Assembly: GCF_000217995.1 (NCBI RefSeq)
Contig: NC_015676.1
Span: 1,345,708-1,409,707 of the forward strand
Direction of reading: 5' to 3'
Length of the DNA: 64,000 bases
DNA from: Methanosalsum zhilinae DSM 4017
GTDB lineage: Archaea > Halobacteriota > Methanosarcinia > Methanosarcinales > Methanosarcinaceae
A program made the position numbers and the translations under genes. The first letter of the stretch is position 1. Every line of letters begins with the position of its first letter. The notes beneath the pieces were generated by a model. That model was not told the origin of the DNA and searched no databases. It worked only from the letters and a program-made list of their open reading frames with translations. This document shows positions 10,046-20,298 of this stretch, piece by piece.

Positions 10046-10912
10046 ATGGAACTTAATGGTCAGGGCTATGCAACTGGTGCAGGAACTATCATAAATGCTA
10101 TTGCAACCTGGAAAGGTGCTGCTTTTGGAATTGATCTAAAAACATATGCCCAGGTTGATCTCTCACAGAAATATCCAGGTATAAAAGGTATTATCGAGAA
10201 CAATCCCGGTGCAGATACAAGACTTATAGAAAGAGCTGTTGAACTCGTTCTTGAACATTTTAATATGAAATTTGGAGGTACGGTCAGCACCACAACCCAG
10301 ATCCCTCTAGCCAGCGGCCTCAAAAGCAGTAGTGCTGCAGCAAATGCGTCAGTAATCGCAACCCTGGATGCAATCGGAGAAACAATGGATCCACTTGATG
10401 CTGTAAAAATTGGAGTGCAGGCTGCCCGGGACGTTGGAGTTACCGTGACAGGAGCTTTTGATGATGCCTGCGCATCACTTCTGGGAGGAGTAGTGATCAC
10501 TGATAATTCCAGTATGGAACTTATAAAAAGAGAAAATGTGGAAATGGAAGTCCTCATTCTCTCCCCGGACAGAAAAGCTTACAGTTCACAGACTGATGTA
10601 ATCCGTTCAAAACTCATGGCACCCTGGATAGATATTGCCTACGGCCTGGCACTGGAAGGAAAATATGAAAATGCAATGACACTCAACGGTTTTCTATACT
10701 GCAGTGCACTGGGATTTGATTCTGAACCACTGATGAAAGGTCTGGAAGCAGGAATAAATGGAGTCAGTCTGTCTGGCACAGGCCCTTCCTATGTAGCACT
10801 GGTAGATCATGATAAAGTCAGTACTCTTCAAAAATACTGGAATGAACTGAACATAAGCGGAAATATGATAAAGACCAAGATCAATAATGAACCTTCAATG
10901 AAATCTAGGTAA
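10046..10912 (+). CDS. Shikimate kinase, archaeal GHMP-kinase type
   Basis: The 288-aa product has a GHMP kinase motif (PLASGLKSSSAAANA). Its size and its neighbour chorismate mutase match archaeal shikimate kinase. Confidence 0.75.
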   Translation: MELNGQGYATGAGTIINAIATWKGAAFGIDLKTYAQVDLSQKYPGIKGIIENNPGADTRLIERAVELVLEHFNMKFGGTVSTTTQIPLASGLKSSSAAANASVIATLDAIGETMDPLDAVKIGVQAARDVGVTVTGAFDDACASLLGGVVITDNSSMELIKRENVEMEVLILSPDRKAYSSQTDVIRSKLMAPWIDIAYGLALEGKYENAMTLNGFLYCSALGFDSEPLMKGLEAGINGVSLSGTGPSYVALVDHDKVSTLQKYWNELNISGNMIKTKINNEPSMKSR

Positions 10913-10922
10913 GGCGAAACCA

Positions 10923-11210
10923 ATGAATCAGCTGAACGAAGCACGGGAAGAAATCCATGATATTGATACTGAAATCATCTCGCTTATAAAAAGAAGAGTA
11001 GACATGGCAGACAAAATTCTGAGATTCAAAAAAGAGGAAGGGATATCAATTAATGACGAGTCTCAGAATGAGGTCGTTCTAAGAAGAGCGACCGATATTG
11101 CTACAGAACTCAATCTTGATAGTGGTGCGGTAAGAAAAATTTTTAAAATACTTATACAGATGAACATAGATCGTCAACATGAATTAAGTGGAGAGGGGAA
11201 CCTCCCATAA
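10923..11210 (+). CDS. Chorismate mutase (AroQ class)
   Basis: The 95-aa all-helical product has an AroQ-like pattern (LNEAREEIHDIDTEIISLIKRR...RFKKEEGISINDESQNEVVLRR). Confidence 0.6.
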   Translation: MNQLNEAREEIHDIDTEIISLIKRRVDMADKILRFKKEEGISINDESQNEVVLRRATDIATELNLDSGAVRKIFKILIQMNIDRQHELSGEGNLP

Positions 11211-11251
11211 AATATACTGTGAAAATATAGAAATATCGAGGTGTAAAAAAT

Positions 11252-11650
11252 ATGGTAGATATATCAATTTTGATGGGATCCGAATCAGACAGAGCTATAG
11301 CAAACCGTGTCACATCAGTTCTTGAGAACAGTAACTACTCCTTTGAAGTAGAGGTCATCTCAGCACACAGGGATCCTGAAAAGCTTGAGGAATATATAAA
11401 AGAAAGTGATTCAAAAGTGTTTGTTGCCATTGCAGGCCTTTCAGCTGCATTGCCTGGAGTGATAGCATCAAAGACTAAAAAACCAGTAATTGGAGTTCCA
11501 GTAAATGCAAAACTTGGTGGATTGGATGCACTCCTTTCAATTGCCCAGATGCCACCCGGTGTACCTGTTGCAAGTGTTGGAATCGATAATGGTGCAAATG
11601 CAGCACATATGGCAATAAGAATACTGGACCTTTGTAAGGTTTCACAATAA
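11252..11650 (+). CDS. purE: PurE-family N5-CAIR mutase / AIR carboxylase catalytic subunit
   Basis: The product has strong PurE signatures (ILMGSESD; [11 protein letters not shown]; [26 protein letters not shown]; [18 protein letters not shown]). Confidence 0.8.
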   Translation: MVDISILMGSESDRAIANRVTSVLENSNYSFEVEVISAHRDPEKLEEYIKESDSKVFVAIAGLSAALPGVIASKTKKPVIGVPVNAKLGGLDALLSIAQMPPGVPVASVGIDNGANAAHMAIRILDLCKVSQ

Positions 11651-11732
11651 ACGCCTTATCAGGATAGAAAAAATCCTGATTTCTTTTTTTTACTTATGTG
11701 TCTTTCAGATAAGAATTATTTTGAGGTAATAC

Positions 11733-12152
11733 ATGGAATCTGAATTATCAAGAATAGGAGTATCTATTCCAGTAGACCTTTTATCCAGATTTGATGAAAT
11801 TATGCATCAGACCGGCTATTCCTCTCGCTCCGAAGGGATTCGGGATTCCATCAAGAGTTATATCAAGTACTATGAATGGGTATGTGAGGTAAAAGGAGAA
11901 AGAGTGGGGATCATTTCTGTAATATATAACCCATCTCAGCATGGAATATCAGAAAAATTTTCATCAATCAAATATAGTTACCCTGAAATATTGATATCCA
12001 CCTCAAGTATATATATTTCTGAAAGAGAAATTCTCGAAGTTATCATACTTCAAGGAAATGCAGAAGAGATTAAATTATTCAATGAAAATATTATGGCTCA
12101 GAAGGGCGTCAAGTACGTAAGGCTCAGTACAATTGAGCTTACCAATGACTGA
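11733..12152 (+). CDS. NikR-family ribbon-helix-helix transcriptional regulator
   Basis: The N-terminus is an RHH fold (RIGVSIPVDLLSRFDEI...GYSSRSEGIRDSIKSYI) followed by an ACT-like C-terminal domain. The canonical H-x-H...C nickel-site cluster is not evident. Confidence 0.55.
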   Translation: MESELSRIGVSIPVDLLSRFDEIMHQTGYSSRSEGIRDSIKSYIKYYEWVCEVKGERVGIISVIYNPSQHGISEKFSSIKYSYPEILISTSSIYISEREILEVIILQGNAEEIKLFNENIMAQKGVKYVRLSTIELTND

Positions 12153-12531
12153 GCGAATGCAATCATTCTGACCGTATTTCTATTTAGTGATATGATATTT
12201 TTTACATCAGAATAAACAAAAACTACTTAAGGCATTAAATCTATTGCAATTATTGTGTGCTACAAAAAAACTTGTTTGTAACACTGGAGATTTATATTGA
12301 ATTTTATTTTTTTCAGGTTACAAAATTTCCAGCTTCCAAAAAACGGGTTGGGGTACAAATACCCCTCTTTCCTCCAATCCAACATATAATTTTCAGGAAA
12401 CCTTATAATGAATAATGGGAAATATACTACTATAAAACTGCGATAAAATAAAACAGTTATTTATTATTTACCTGTTACCTTCAAAATGTGATTTACATTT
12501 GAGGGCTACGACATTTAAATGGGGGAATTAA

Positions 12532-14256
12532 ATGAGTGTTGACCTTAACATAAAAATCGGAGGGGAGGCAGGCCAGGGTCTTCAGACTATCAGCTCTGTA
12601 CTTGCAAAAACCCTGCTGCGTGGAGGATATAATGTCTTTGAGTCTCAGTACTTTCTGTCACGTATACGAGGAGGGCATAACTATTCTGAAATACGTGTAA
12701 GCGATGAAGAAATACTTTCAAAGAAAGAAAATGTGGATATTCTGATAGCTCTTGATAGATCTTCAATAGATCAGCATATCGATGAGCTTTCCGATGGAGT
12801 AATACTGATCGATAAAAATGAAATAAACATTGAAGATGAGATATCTTCTATATTCCATGTTCCATTCTCAGATATCGCCGAAGATGTTAGCGGTAATAAA
12901 CTTTATACAAATACTGTTGCTACAGGTGCAGCTCTTGGATTGTTATGTTATGATTTTGAATATCTTGCAGAAGTGCTTACAGACTCTTTTAGTAGCAAGG
13001 GAGACGAAGTTGTACAGAAGAACATTGACGCTGCAAAAGCAGGATACGATTATTCACAGGAAAACTACAGTCAAAAATGCCATTTTTCACTTCAATCTAT
13101 TGATAATACATCCAAAAAAATGCTGATCACAGGTAACGAAGCAATTGGTCTGGGAGCAATATCTGCCGGTTTGAAGTTTCTGTCAGCCTACCCCATGTCA
13201 CCATCCACCGGTGCATTGACTTACGTGGCACAGAAAGCAGATCAATATAACATCATTGTTGAACAGGCAGAAGATGAAATAGCTGCCCTTAATATGGCAA
13301 TAGGAGCTTCATTTGCAGGAACAAGATCAATGGTTACCACATCCGGTGGGGGGTTTTCACTTATGGCTGAAGCCCTTGGACTTGCCGGTATAACTGAAAC
13401 ACCTGTTGTAATCTATATAGGACAAAGACCAGGGCCTGCAACCGGCCTTCCCACAATGACCGAACAGGGAGATCTGGAATTTGTAATCCATGCATCACAG
13501 GGAGAATTCCCAAGATGTATCCTTGCTCCGGCAACTGCAGAAGATGCATTTTACCTGACTGCCAGAGCATTCAATATTGCAGATAAGTATCAGATTCCGG
13601 TCTTTATTCTGGCTGACCAGTATCTTGTGGATTCATCTTTTACATCTAAAATATTTGAAACCTCCAGAATATCCAGAGACAGACACATATTATCTGCCGA
13701 TGAAATAGAATCAGCGGGTGAATACAAAAGATACAAAATAACAGATTCAGGAGTTTCACCAAGGGCAGTACCCGGAGTTACAAAAGAGCTGGTAATGGCT
13801 GATAGCGACGAACATAATGAGATTGGCCACATTGACCAGACTTCAGAGAACCGTATAAGAATGAACAATAAAAGGCTCAGGAAAATGGAAGGGTTAAAGA
13901 ATGAGATATACCCGCCCAGAATATACGGTTCAAAGAGGCCGGATCTAACATTTGTGGGATGGGGATCAACATATGGACCCCTGAAAGAATCAGTGGATAT
14001 CCTCAATAAAAACGGAGCTCATGTGAACCTAATACATTTCAATGAAGTATATCCTCTACCTGCAAAAGAAATACAGAATATATTCTCAGATGTAGAAAAG
14101 TGTGTCTGCGTAGAAAATAATGCTACAGGACAGTTTGCAAGAGTCTTGAAGATAGAAACAGGGGTTGAGATCTCAGATACTATACTAAAGTATGATGGGC
14201 TTCCCTTTACTGCAGATTATATCATAAACAAAGTTCATGAAAGGAAGATGATCTAA
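12532..14256 (+). CDS. korA: 2-oxoacid:ferredoxin oxidoreductase, fused gamma/alpha subunit
   Basis: The 574-aa product is immediately followed, with a 1-nt gap, by a TPP-binding beta subunit. It shows a pyruvate/ketoisovalerate oxidoreductase catalytic-domain pattern (ITGNEAIGLGAISAG...AYPMSPST). Confidence 0.75.
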   Translation: MSVDLNIKIGGEAGQGLQTISSVLAKTLLRGGYNVFESQYFLSRIRGGHNYSEIRVSDEEILSKKENVDILIALDRSSIDQHIDELSDGVILIDKNEINIEDEISSIFHVPFSDIAEDVSGNKLYTNTVATGAALGLLCYDFEYLAEVLTDSFSSKGDEVVQKNIDAAKAGYDYSQENYSQKCHFSLQSIDNTSKKMLITGNEAIGLGAISAGLKFLSAYPMSPSTGALTYVAQKADQYNIIVEQAEDEIAALNMAIGASFAGTRSMVTTSGGGFSLMAEALGLAGITETPVVIYIGQRPGPATGLPTMTEQGDLEFVIHASQGEFPRCILAPATAEDAFYLTARAFNIADKYQIPVFILADQYLVDSSFTSKIFETSRISRDRHILSADEIESAGEYKRYKITDSGVSPRAVPGVTKELVMADSDEHNEIGHIDQTSENRIRMNNKRLRKMEGLKNEIYPPRIYGSKRPDLTFVGWGSTYGPLKESVDILNKNGAHVNLIHFNEVYPLPAKEIQNIFSDVEKCVCVENNATGQFARVLKIETGVEISDTILKYDGLPFTADYIINKVHERKMI

Positions 14257-15111
14257 ATGACAACCGCTAAGGATTATTCTAACGATGTAGAAAATGAGTG
14301 GTGCCCGGGGTGTGGGAACTTTGGGATCCTTAAAGCTATCAAAAAGGCACTTTCAGATTTGGACAAAAAGCCTCACGAAGTGCTTATGTGCTCTGGCATC
14401 GGACAGGCAGGAAAGCTTCCCCACTATCTTAAATGTAATATATTCAATGGCTTGCACGGACGTGCAATTCCGGTAGCTACAGCGGCAAAAACTGCAAATC
14501 ATGATCTTACGGTTATTGCAGTTGGAGGAGATGGAGATATGTATGGTGAAGGAGGAAATCATTTCATACATAACATACGAAGAAACCCGGACATTACTTT
14601 GATAGCACATGACAATCAGATATATGGGCTCACAAAGGGTCAGGCATCTCCAACCAGTGATATCGGGATGAAGACAAAGCTGCAGCCGCATGGTGTCGTC
14701 AACACACCCTTCAATCCTCTTTCTGTGGCAATAGCCCTTGACTGCTCTTTTGTCAGCAGAGGATTTGCAGGAGATGTTGAGCATTTATCAAAGATCATTG
14801 GTCAGGCGATTGATCACAAAGGATTCTCTCTTGTGGATATACTTCAGCCATGTGTTACCTTCAACAGATTGAATACATTCAAATGGTATCGTGAAAGAGT
14901 ATACAAGCTGGACGAAACAGATCATGACCCATATAACCGAACCAAAGCATTCGAAAAAGCTCTTGAATGGGGAGAAAGGATTCCAACAGGTATATTTTAC
15001 AGAACAGATGATAAAGAAACATTCGAGGACATGAGAGGATTGGCATCAACACCCCTGGCGTACCTGGATGAAAATATTGACATAAGCACTTTGGTCAAAG
15101 AATTCATATAA
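14257..15111 (+). CDS. korB: 2-oxoacid:ferredoxin oxidoreductase, beta subunit (TPP-binding)
   Basis: The product has CPGCGNFG and GIGQAG motifs and a TPP-binding GGDGD-type region (AVGGDGDMYGEGGNH). Confidence 0.8.
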   Translation: MTTAKDYSNDVENEWCPGCGNFGILKAIKKALSDLDKKPHEVLMCSGIGQAGKLPHYLKCNIFNGLHGRAIPVATAAKTANHDLTVIAVGGDGDMYGEGGNHFIHNIRRNPDITLIAHDNQIYGLTKGQASPTSDIGMKTKLQPHGVVNTPFNPLSVAIALDCSFVSRGFAGDVEHLSKIIGQAIDHKGFSLVDILQPCVTFNRLNTFKWYRERVYKLDETDHDPYNRTKAFEKALEWGERIPTGIFYRTDDKETFEDMRGLASTPLAYLDENIDISTLVKEFI

Positions 15112-15151
15112 AATCTAAAATAAAGTCTGGTCATGAAATCAGGTATTTATT

Positions 15152-15754
15152 TCAGGTTTTTTTTGTTGCCCTTATAATAACAATCTCTTCAAAAAAATAT
15201 CTGGTACTTGCAACAATTTCAGGACACAGATCTTTATCCTTCATATTATTCATTATATGTTTAATATCTGCAAGAGAAGATGTTACCATCAAAATACTAG
15301 AATCATCTGACATATAGTATCCGGCGTTATCAAGAAAATCCTCTACTGTATCATTGCCACTGATTCCACCGTCAAATGCATAATTTAGCCACCCTTCTAT
15401 CTTTTCATCGTCTGTTGGAAGATATGGGGGGTTGAATATAATGAGATCAAATATAGGCAATCTTTTAATTCCTTTAAACAGATCAGTTCGGATTACATCA
15501 ATGCCGTTGCCCTTTGCACATCTAGCTGCATAAGGATTGATATCTGTTGCAATAATCATCTCAGGATTCAGATTTGCCCTGATCACTGCTGAAACTATAC
15601 CTGTACCGGTACCAATTTCAATTATTCTCATCCCATCATATGCATACTGCAATACCGCATCTGCCAGCAAAAAAGAATCTTCAGCCGGCTCGTATACATT
15701 ATCTGCAAGTTTTACTACTGATTTTTGGTATTCAATTTCAATCATTTTTAACAT
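15152..15754 (-). CDS. HemK/PrmC-family (Mtq2-like) protein N5-glutamine methyltransferase
   Basis: The product has a SAM-binding motif (EIGTGTGIVS) and the NPPY catalytic motif (IIFNPPYLPT). At 200 aa it matches archaeal Mtq2. Confidence 0.7.
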   Translation of the reverse strand: MLKMIEIEYQKSVVKLADNVYEPAEDSFLLADAVLQYAYDGMRIIEIGTGTGIVSAVIRANLNPEMIIATDINPYAARCAKGNGIDVIRTDLFKGIKRLPIFDLIIFNPPYLPTDDEKIEGWLNYAFDGGISGNDTVEDFLDNAGYYMSDDSSILMVTSSLADIKHIMNNMKDKDLCPEIVASTRYFFEEIVIIRATKKT

Positions 15755-15760
15755 TCTGCT

Positions 15761-16576
15761 TTATAGCTGTTTTATATCCTTAAGACCATTTGCTATATCA
15801 GCAAGCTCAAATGGTGACAGATTTTCCGGCCTCTTATCAATGATATCCTGCGGAAGCTGAATGATCATTTCTTTCACATCTTCTTTATTCAGGCCCAGCT
15901 TACTAGAATTATTCATTATAGAATTTTTCAGCTTTTTTCGCCTCTGTCCAAAAACCGCTGTAATGAATTTAAAGAAAAAGCTTTCATCCACCACTTTGTA
16001 GGGAAATGGCCTTGGGACCAGTTTCACAACTGCAGACATGACCTTTGGGGGAGGAGAAAATGCAGATGCAGGAATCTTCATTATAATCTCAGCATCTGCA
16101 TAGTATTGAGTAGCAACAGACAGTCTGCTATAGTCTTCTGAACCTGTACAGGCAACCATCCTCCTGGCAAACTCATACTGGTACATCAACACTCCCAGAT
16201 CAAAATCGTATCTTAAAAGTTTAAAGGTAACAGGAGAGGATATGGAATAAGGCAGATTTGCAACAACCTTATTGAAGGGAGGAAACTCAACTTCAAGAAC
16301 ATCTCCGGATATTATCTGAATCTCTTCATGATCTCCAAATCGATCATGTAATACATCTACCAGGTTTGGATCAAGTTCTATAGCTATTGTTTTTTTTGCC
16401 TTTGATGCTATTTTCTCAGTAAGATTCCCAACACCAGCTCCAATTTCAAGTACCACATCCTCGGGTCCGATCCTGGATTCTTCAATTATTCTCTCAAGTA
16501 TTCGGTTATCCACAAGAAAGTGCTGATCATGAGATCCTCCCTGTATCCCATACTTCTTTAAAAGCGATCTGACCAA
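15761..16576 (-). CDS. rsmA: 16S rRNA (adenine1518/1519-N6)-dimethyltransferase KsgA/Dim1
   Basis: The product has QHFLVD, EIGAGVGNLT and VANLPYSISSP motifs. Confidence 0.85.
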   Translation of the reverse strand: MVRSLLKKYGIQGGSHDQHFLVDNRILERIIEESRIGPEDVVLEIGAGVGNLTEKIASKAKKTIAIELDPNLVDVLHDRFGDHEEIQIISGDVLEVEFPPFNKVVANLPYSISSPVTFKLLRYDFDLGVLMYQYEFARRMVACTGSEDYSRLSVATQYYADAEIIMKIPASAFSPPPKVMSAVVKLVPRPFPYKVVDESFFFKFITAVFGQRRKKLKNSIMNNSSKLGLNKEDVKEMIIQLPQDIIDKRPENLSPFELADIANGLKDIKQL

Positions 16577-16597
16577 AATCTATTCTCACCTGTTAAA

Positions 16598-17191
16598 TTA
16601 GTCACCTTTGGGACGTTGGGGAGGAGTTGTGAATAAACGGTATTTTATATTTTTATCCTTTATCTCATCCTCAATCCTGTGTGAAATTGTCTTTTCAGGG
16701 GAATGTAGTCCACTTACCCTTTCCTGAAGATCTTTGAAACTCTTGAAGTTTCCTTTCTTTCTCTCATCAATTATAGCCCACATGAGTTTTTTGCCAATAC
16801 CTGGAAGGAGTTCCAGCATGTGCAGTCTGGTAGTGATCGAGTGTGCATCATTGAAAAATTTCACAAATTTATCTTCAGAGTATTTTACTATCTTTTCCAG
16901 AGCAAAAGGCAATTCAAGCTTAGCACCGTGTGTAAGATCTTCATACCGTATCCTGTGCTTAACATGATCTATAATTTCCCTTTCACCTTCACCAATATAT
17001 ATTCTGGACTGAATTTCTGGGATAACGCCTTCCTTGGGAACCATTTCCATCAGTACAAAATATTTTTCACCGACTGCCTGAATAAGAGGTTTTTTCTGAT
17101 ATGCAGGACGATTATCAGAAGGACTGCCATACGGCAGATAATCAAGTACCCATGCATATTCCTCTTTACCAGTAGTCTTTTTATTGATCAT
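16598..17191 (-). CDS. DUF655-family protein (conserved archaeal ksgA neighbour)
   Basis: The 197-aa protein has a helix-hairpin-helix-like C-terminal half. It sits in the conserved archaeal rpl21e-rpoF-DUF655-ksgA synteny. Confidence 0.55.
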   Translation of the reverse strand: MINKKTTGKEEYAWVLDYLPYGSPSDNRPAYQKKPLIQAVGEKYFVLMEMVPKEGVIPEIQSRIYIGEGEREIIDHVKHRIRYEDLTHGAKLELPFALEKIVKYSEDKFVKFFNDAHSITTRLHMLELLPGIGKKLMWAIIDERKKGNFKSFKDLQERVSGLHSPEKTISHRIEDEIKDKNIKYRLFTTPPQRPKGD

Positions 17192-17277
17192 AAATATATA
17201 CCCTCCAGTGGCCTGATTTTAATGATACGGTCATATTACAGGATCTCAAAAAGAAAATGAGATATAGAAATATAAAG

Positions 17278-17640
17278 TTACTCCATAGATTCTGTAACAA
17301 GGTCTATAATTTTATCAAGTTCTTCTTCAGTTAAAGTGTATCGCTCTTTTGCATACAGTGCCCTGAGTTCATCTCTTGAAAGTGGCATTATATCGGCAAT
17401 GCGGATTGCAATTTCCGGTTTCATCTTTTCCATTTCGAGTAGCTTACTCACCAGTTCTCTGGACTTTTGTCCATTTATCCTGGCAAACATATCCGCATGG
17501 TTGATAGCCTTTCGAAGTTCGTATTCCAGCTCTTCCTCATTATTTGAGCGCTCTTCCATAATCTCGTTAAGAATTTCCTTAACCTCTGCCAGAGTCAGCA
17601 GTTCTTCATCAACTATTTCCTTGACTATCATTGGATACAC
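17278..17640 (-). CDS. rpoF: DNA-directed RNA polymerase subunit Rpo4/F
   Basis: The 120-aa product is acidic and helical (LTLAEVKEILNEI...). The gene sits between rpl21e and DUF655/ksgA, as in other archaea. Confidence 0.65.
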   Translation of the reverse strand: MYPMIVKEIVDEELLTLAEVKEILNEIMEERSNNEEELEYELRKAINHADMFARINGQKSRELVSKLLEMEKMKPEIAIRIADIMPLSRDELRALYAKERYTLTEEELDKIIDLVTESME

Positions 17641-17837
17641 TCTTTTGATTTGAATAAATTTGAACTAAAACTGCGTGTTTTGAATGTTATGGAAACAGAC
17701 AAATGACACAGCAATATATATTTCTGCTTATATCTACACATCCAAATTAATATAGTTATCTATTTAGATGAAATAGTAACAACTATCCTGACAGTTGATT
17801 CATCTGATTTACACAGGATAGTAGATTAACTTATATT

Positions 17838-18134
17838 TTAGTTGTGCCTCTGAGGTTTGAGGTGCTCAGGAACGCATATTACTTCTTTGAGCGCGTTGCC
17901 ATCCCTTACCTGCAGAATATATGCACGGCCGCGCTGTCCAGTTACCTTTGCAGTCTTACCCTGGAACTTTGCATTAGGCATGCCTTTGTGTACACTGGGA
18001 TCAATATCTATATGAACCATCTGTCCCTGATCAAATTCCTGAATAGCTTTGACTACAGGGGATATTCCCCTCTCTCGTACTGATTTTTTTAGTTTGTATC
18101 TTGTACAGTATCTTTCACCTTGTGATTTAGACAT
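17838..18134 (-). CDS. rpl21e: 50S ribosomal protein L21e
   Basis: The 98-aa product begins [17 protein letters not shown] and contains [17 protein letters not shown]. Confidence 0.85.
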   Translation of the reverse strand: MSKSQGERYCTRYKLKKSVRERGISPVVKAIQEFDQGQMVHIDIDPSVHKGMPNAKFQGKTAKVTGQRGRAYILQVRDGNALKEVICVPEHLKPQRHN

Positions 18135-18232
18135 AACTTTTGCCTCCTGTGAGCATCAATATATTTGTGTGAATAAATTCATCAACTATATAACTTTAGT
18201 TATTATGACCAATAATTGAGCACCAGATATTA

Positions 18233-19480
18233 TTATATTTTTACATCCACAACATCCAGTTCCGCAACTTCAGCCTGGACACCAAGAATCCCGCTAAGAC
18301 TTGGAACTGTTCTTCCATCATCACTGGAAATCAGTTCCTTGACATACAGTCCACCGGCGCAGTGTACACGAATAATGGCATAATCCTCATTGATTTCCTC
18401 AAGTTCCATTTCATGAACATGCCTTTCTCTAACAATGTCCGCCCTTCGATGCACAACACGTAGAGGTGTCTGCTGTTTTATATCTGATCCTGCGAGATGC
18501 TCAACTGCATATATAAGGTTCTTTTCTGAAACCGGCTCTTTGAATGTAACTTTAAGGTTATAAACTTTATCCGCCTTTGAAGACTTTAGTGATTCAATTA
18601 CTTCTTTGGAAGCAAATTTAAGTCCTTCTACTTCAATTTTACCGCCAGATTTCTCATTTATTTTATTTTCAAGCAACCTGAGATCCGTTTCTCTGAAGAC
18701 AGGATCAACTGCTTCCACAACAAAAGGTCTGCCATTGCCAAGCATCAGGGCATCTATATCCTCACGGCCTGCACCATGAAATTTTGTCTCTGCACATCTT
18801 GTGGCCTCTATGACATGCTCACGTATTAATTCATCTACTGATACTGGATATTGTTTCCCGGTAAATTCACAGGATTCACAACCCCTGCCTCTGCATTTTC
18901 TACAGGGCCATCTTGTCTGAGGAATACCTCTGATAAGTTTGCGATACCTTCCGTAAATATATAGTGACCTTACCTGCAGTTTGACATTGTTTTCTGCTAT
19001 ATCCAGCATAACGACAACATCAGGATATTCAAAATTCACCTCTTTGCCTGTTTTCTGTGATATGATTTTACCGATCTCTCTGTTAAGTTCTGATTTAAGT
19101 GGTTCTGCATATAATGTTCCTGATTCGGTCCAGAGTATCTCTTCGTTTTCACTCAAAAGACCACTGATAATCGTACCAACCAGAAAAGTTGAATATTCAT
19201 ATTTGGAAAGTTTTGACAGTGCCATTTCAGCCCAAGTATCCAGTTCTTTAAAAAGGCCATTGCATACCCAGCATGTATTTCCTTCAGTGCTACTCAAAAA
19301 AGAACTGTCCATTCCTTCTTTTGAAAGTCTGTCAGCTTCCATTGTAATAGATAATTTCAATGCCCTCCCACGTTCATCATTTGTCAGGCCCGTGGACAAT
19401 TTACCAAATTGCCTTCCAAGACAGTGATCGCAGATAGGACCTTCTGCGATTATTTTCTTAGAAATCTCAAGTATATTCAT
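18233..19480 (-). CDS. pus10: tRNA pseudouridine(54/55) synthase Pus10
   Basis: The 415-aa product has N-terminal zinc-binding CxxC pairs (CDHCLGRQF...CWVCNG). It carries a THUMP-like region and a C-terminal catalytic domain. It is adjacent to trmY, as in other archaea. Confidence 0.8.
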   Translation of the reverse strand: MNILEISKKIIAEGPICDHCLGRQFGKLSTGLTNDERGRALKLSITMEADRLSKEGMDSSFLSSTEGNTCWVCNGLFKELDTWAEMALSKLSKYEYSTFLVGTIISGLLSENEEILWTESGTLYAEPLKSELNREIGKIISQKTGKEVNFEYPDVVVMLDIAENNVKLQVRSLYIYGRYRKLIRGIPQTRWPCRKCRGRGCESCEFTGKQYPVSVDELIREHVIEATRCAETKFHGAGREDIDALMLGNGRPFVVEAVDPVFRETDLRLLENKINEKSGGKIEVEGLKFASKEVIESLKSSKADKVYNLKVTFKEPVSEKNLIYAVEHLAGSDIKQQTPLRVVHRRADIVRERHVHEMELEEINEDYAIIRVHCAGGLYVKELISSDDGRTVPSLSGILGVQAEVAELDVVDVKI

Positions 19481-19614
19481 TTTATCACTCAGTCATCCTG
19501 TATATTATTGATACCAGTTTATCAGAAAAGGGAAAATGGTCTCCACACACTTAAGCTTAGCCAATAGACCGGCATGAAGTCTGAACCATTACTTTAGCTG
19601 ATCAGTTAAAGGAA

Positions 19615-20217
19615 TTATTTATCAACTACCAACCGGTCCAGTTCATTGTTTATAAGGGTTATGCAATGATCCGTATGCAATGAAAGAGGACCTAATGAAA
19701 TTACATAAGGTTCATAGCCAGAAATCAATTTTTCCTCATCTTCATTAACACCCATATCATCACCAAAAATAAAGATTCCATCATCCATAAGATGAGCAGA
19801 CGCCCTTATATCTATCTCATCCTCTTTCAAATAAAAAATATTGCGTCCTGTATCCCTGAACTCTTCCATAAGCATCTCAAGATTTCCTTTTCTAATCCAT
19901 ACACCAGGTGTTGATTGGACCTGGATATCACTTATATTTTTCTGAAGAGACTTTTTTATCAATGATCCACTACTTCGTTCATCTGGATTCAGATATTTTA
20001 AGGAGCTGCCCTCAAACCGAACAATAATTCCAGGATCCGGATCTCCAAGCAGAAGCAGGTGTACCCGTACATCCCTTCTCATATCATGAGAGAGGAACAA
20101 AGCAGAATTTATACATCTGCATAGCACATCCATCCTTCCTCCTGATCCGGGCAGATCATTCAATGAAAAATCCGGAGATGTAACAGCCCTGTGCCCAATA
20201 ATCACAAAATCGCGCAT
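19615..20217 (-). CDS. trmY: tRNA (pseudouridine54-N1)-methyltransferase TrmY (SPOUT, DUF358)
   Basis: The product is 200 aa, begins MRDFVIIGHRAVTSPDFSLNDLPGSGGRMDVLCRCINSA, and is conserved next to pus10. Confidence 0.7.
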   Translation of the reverse strand: MRDFVIIGHRAVTSPDFSLNDLPGSGGRMDVLCRCINSALFLSHDMRRDVRVHLLLLGDPDPGIIVRFEGSSLKYLNPDERSSGSLIKKSLQKNISDIQVQSTPGVWIRKGNLEMLMEEFRDTGRNIFYLKEDEIDIRASAHLMDDGIFIFGDDMGVNEDEEKLISGYEPYVISLGPLSLHTDHCITLINNELDRLVVDK

Positions 20218-20298
20218 GGTTTATAATTATATAAATGATATATTAACCTTTTGTATTGTTAGATAAATGTTAAATATTCCGGGAGGAAATAAGTAAAT

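Noticed and set aside
11733-12152. Assignment of the RHH regulator as a bona fide nickel-responsive NikR.
   Set aside because: The fold pattern fits NikR, but I could not see the His-x-His...Cys high-affinity nickel site in the C-terminal domain. It is kept as NikR-family only.
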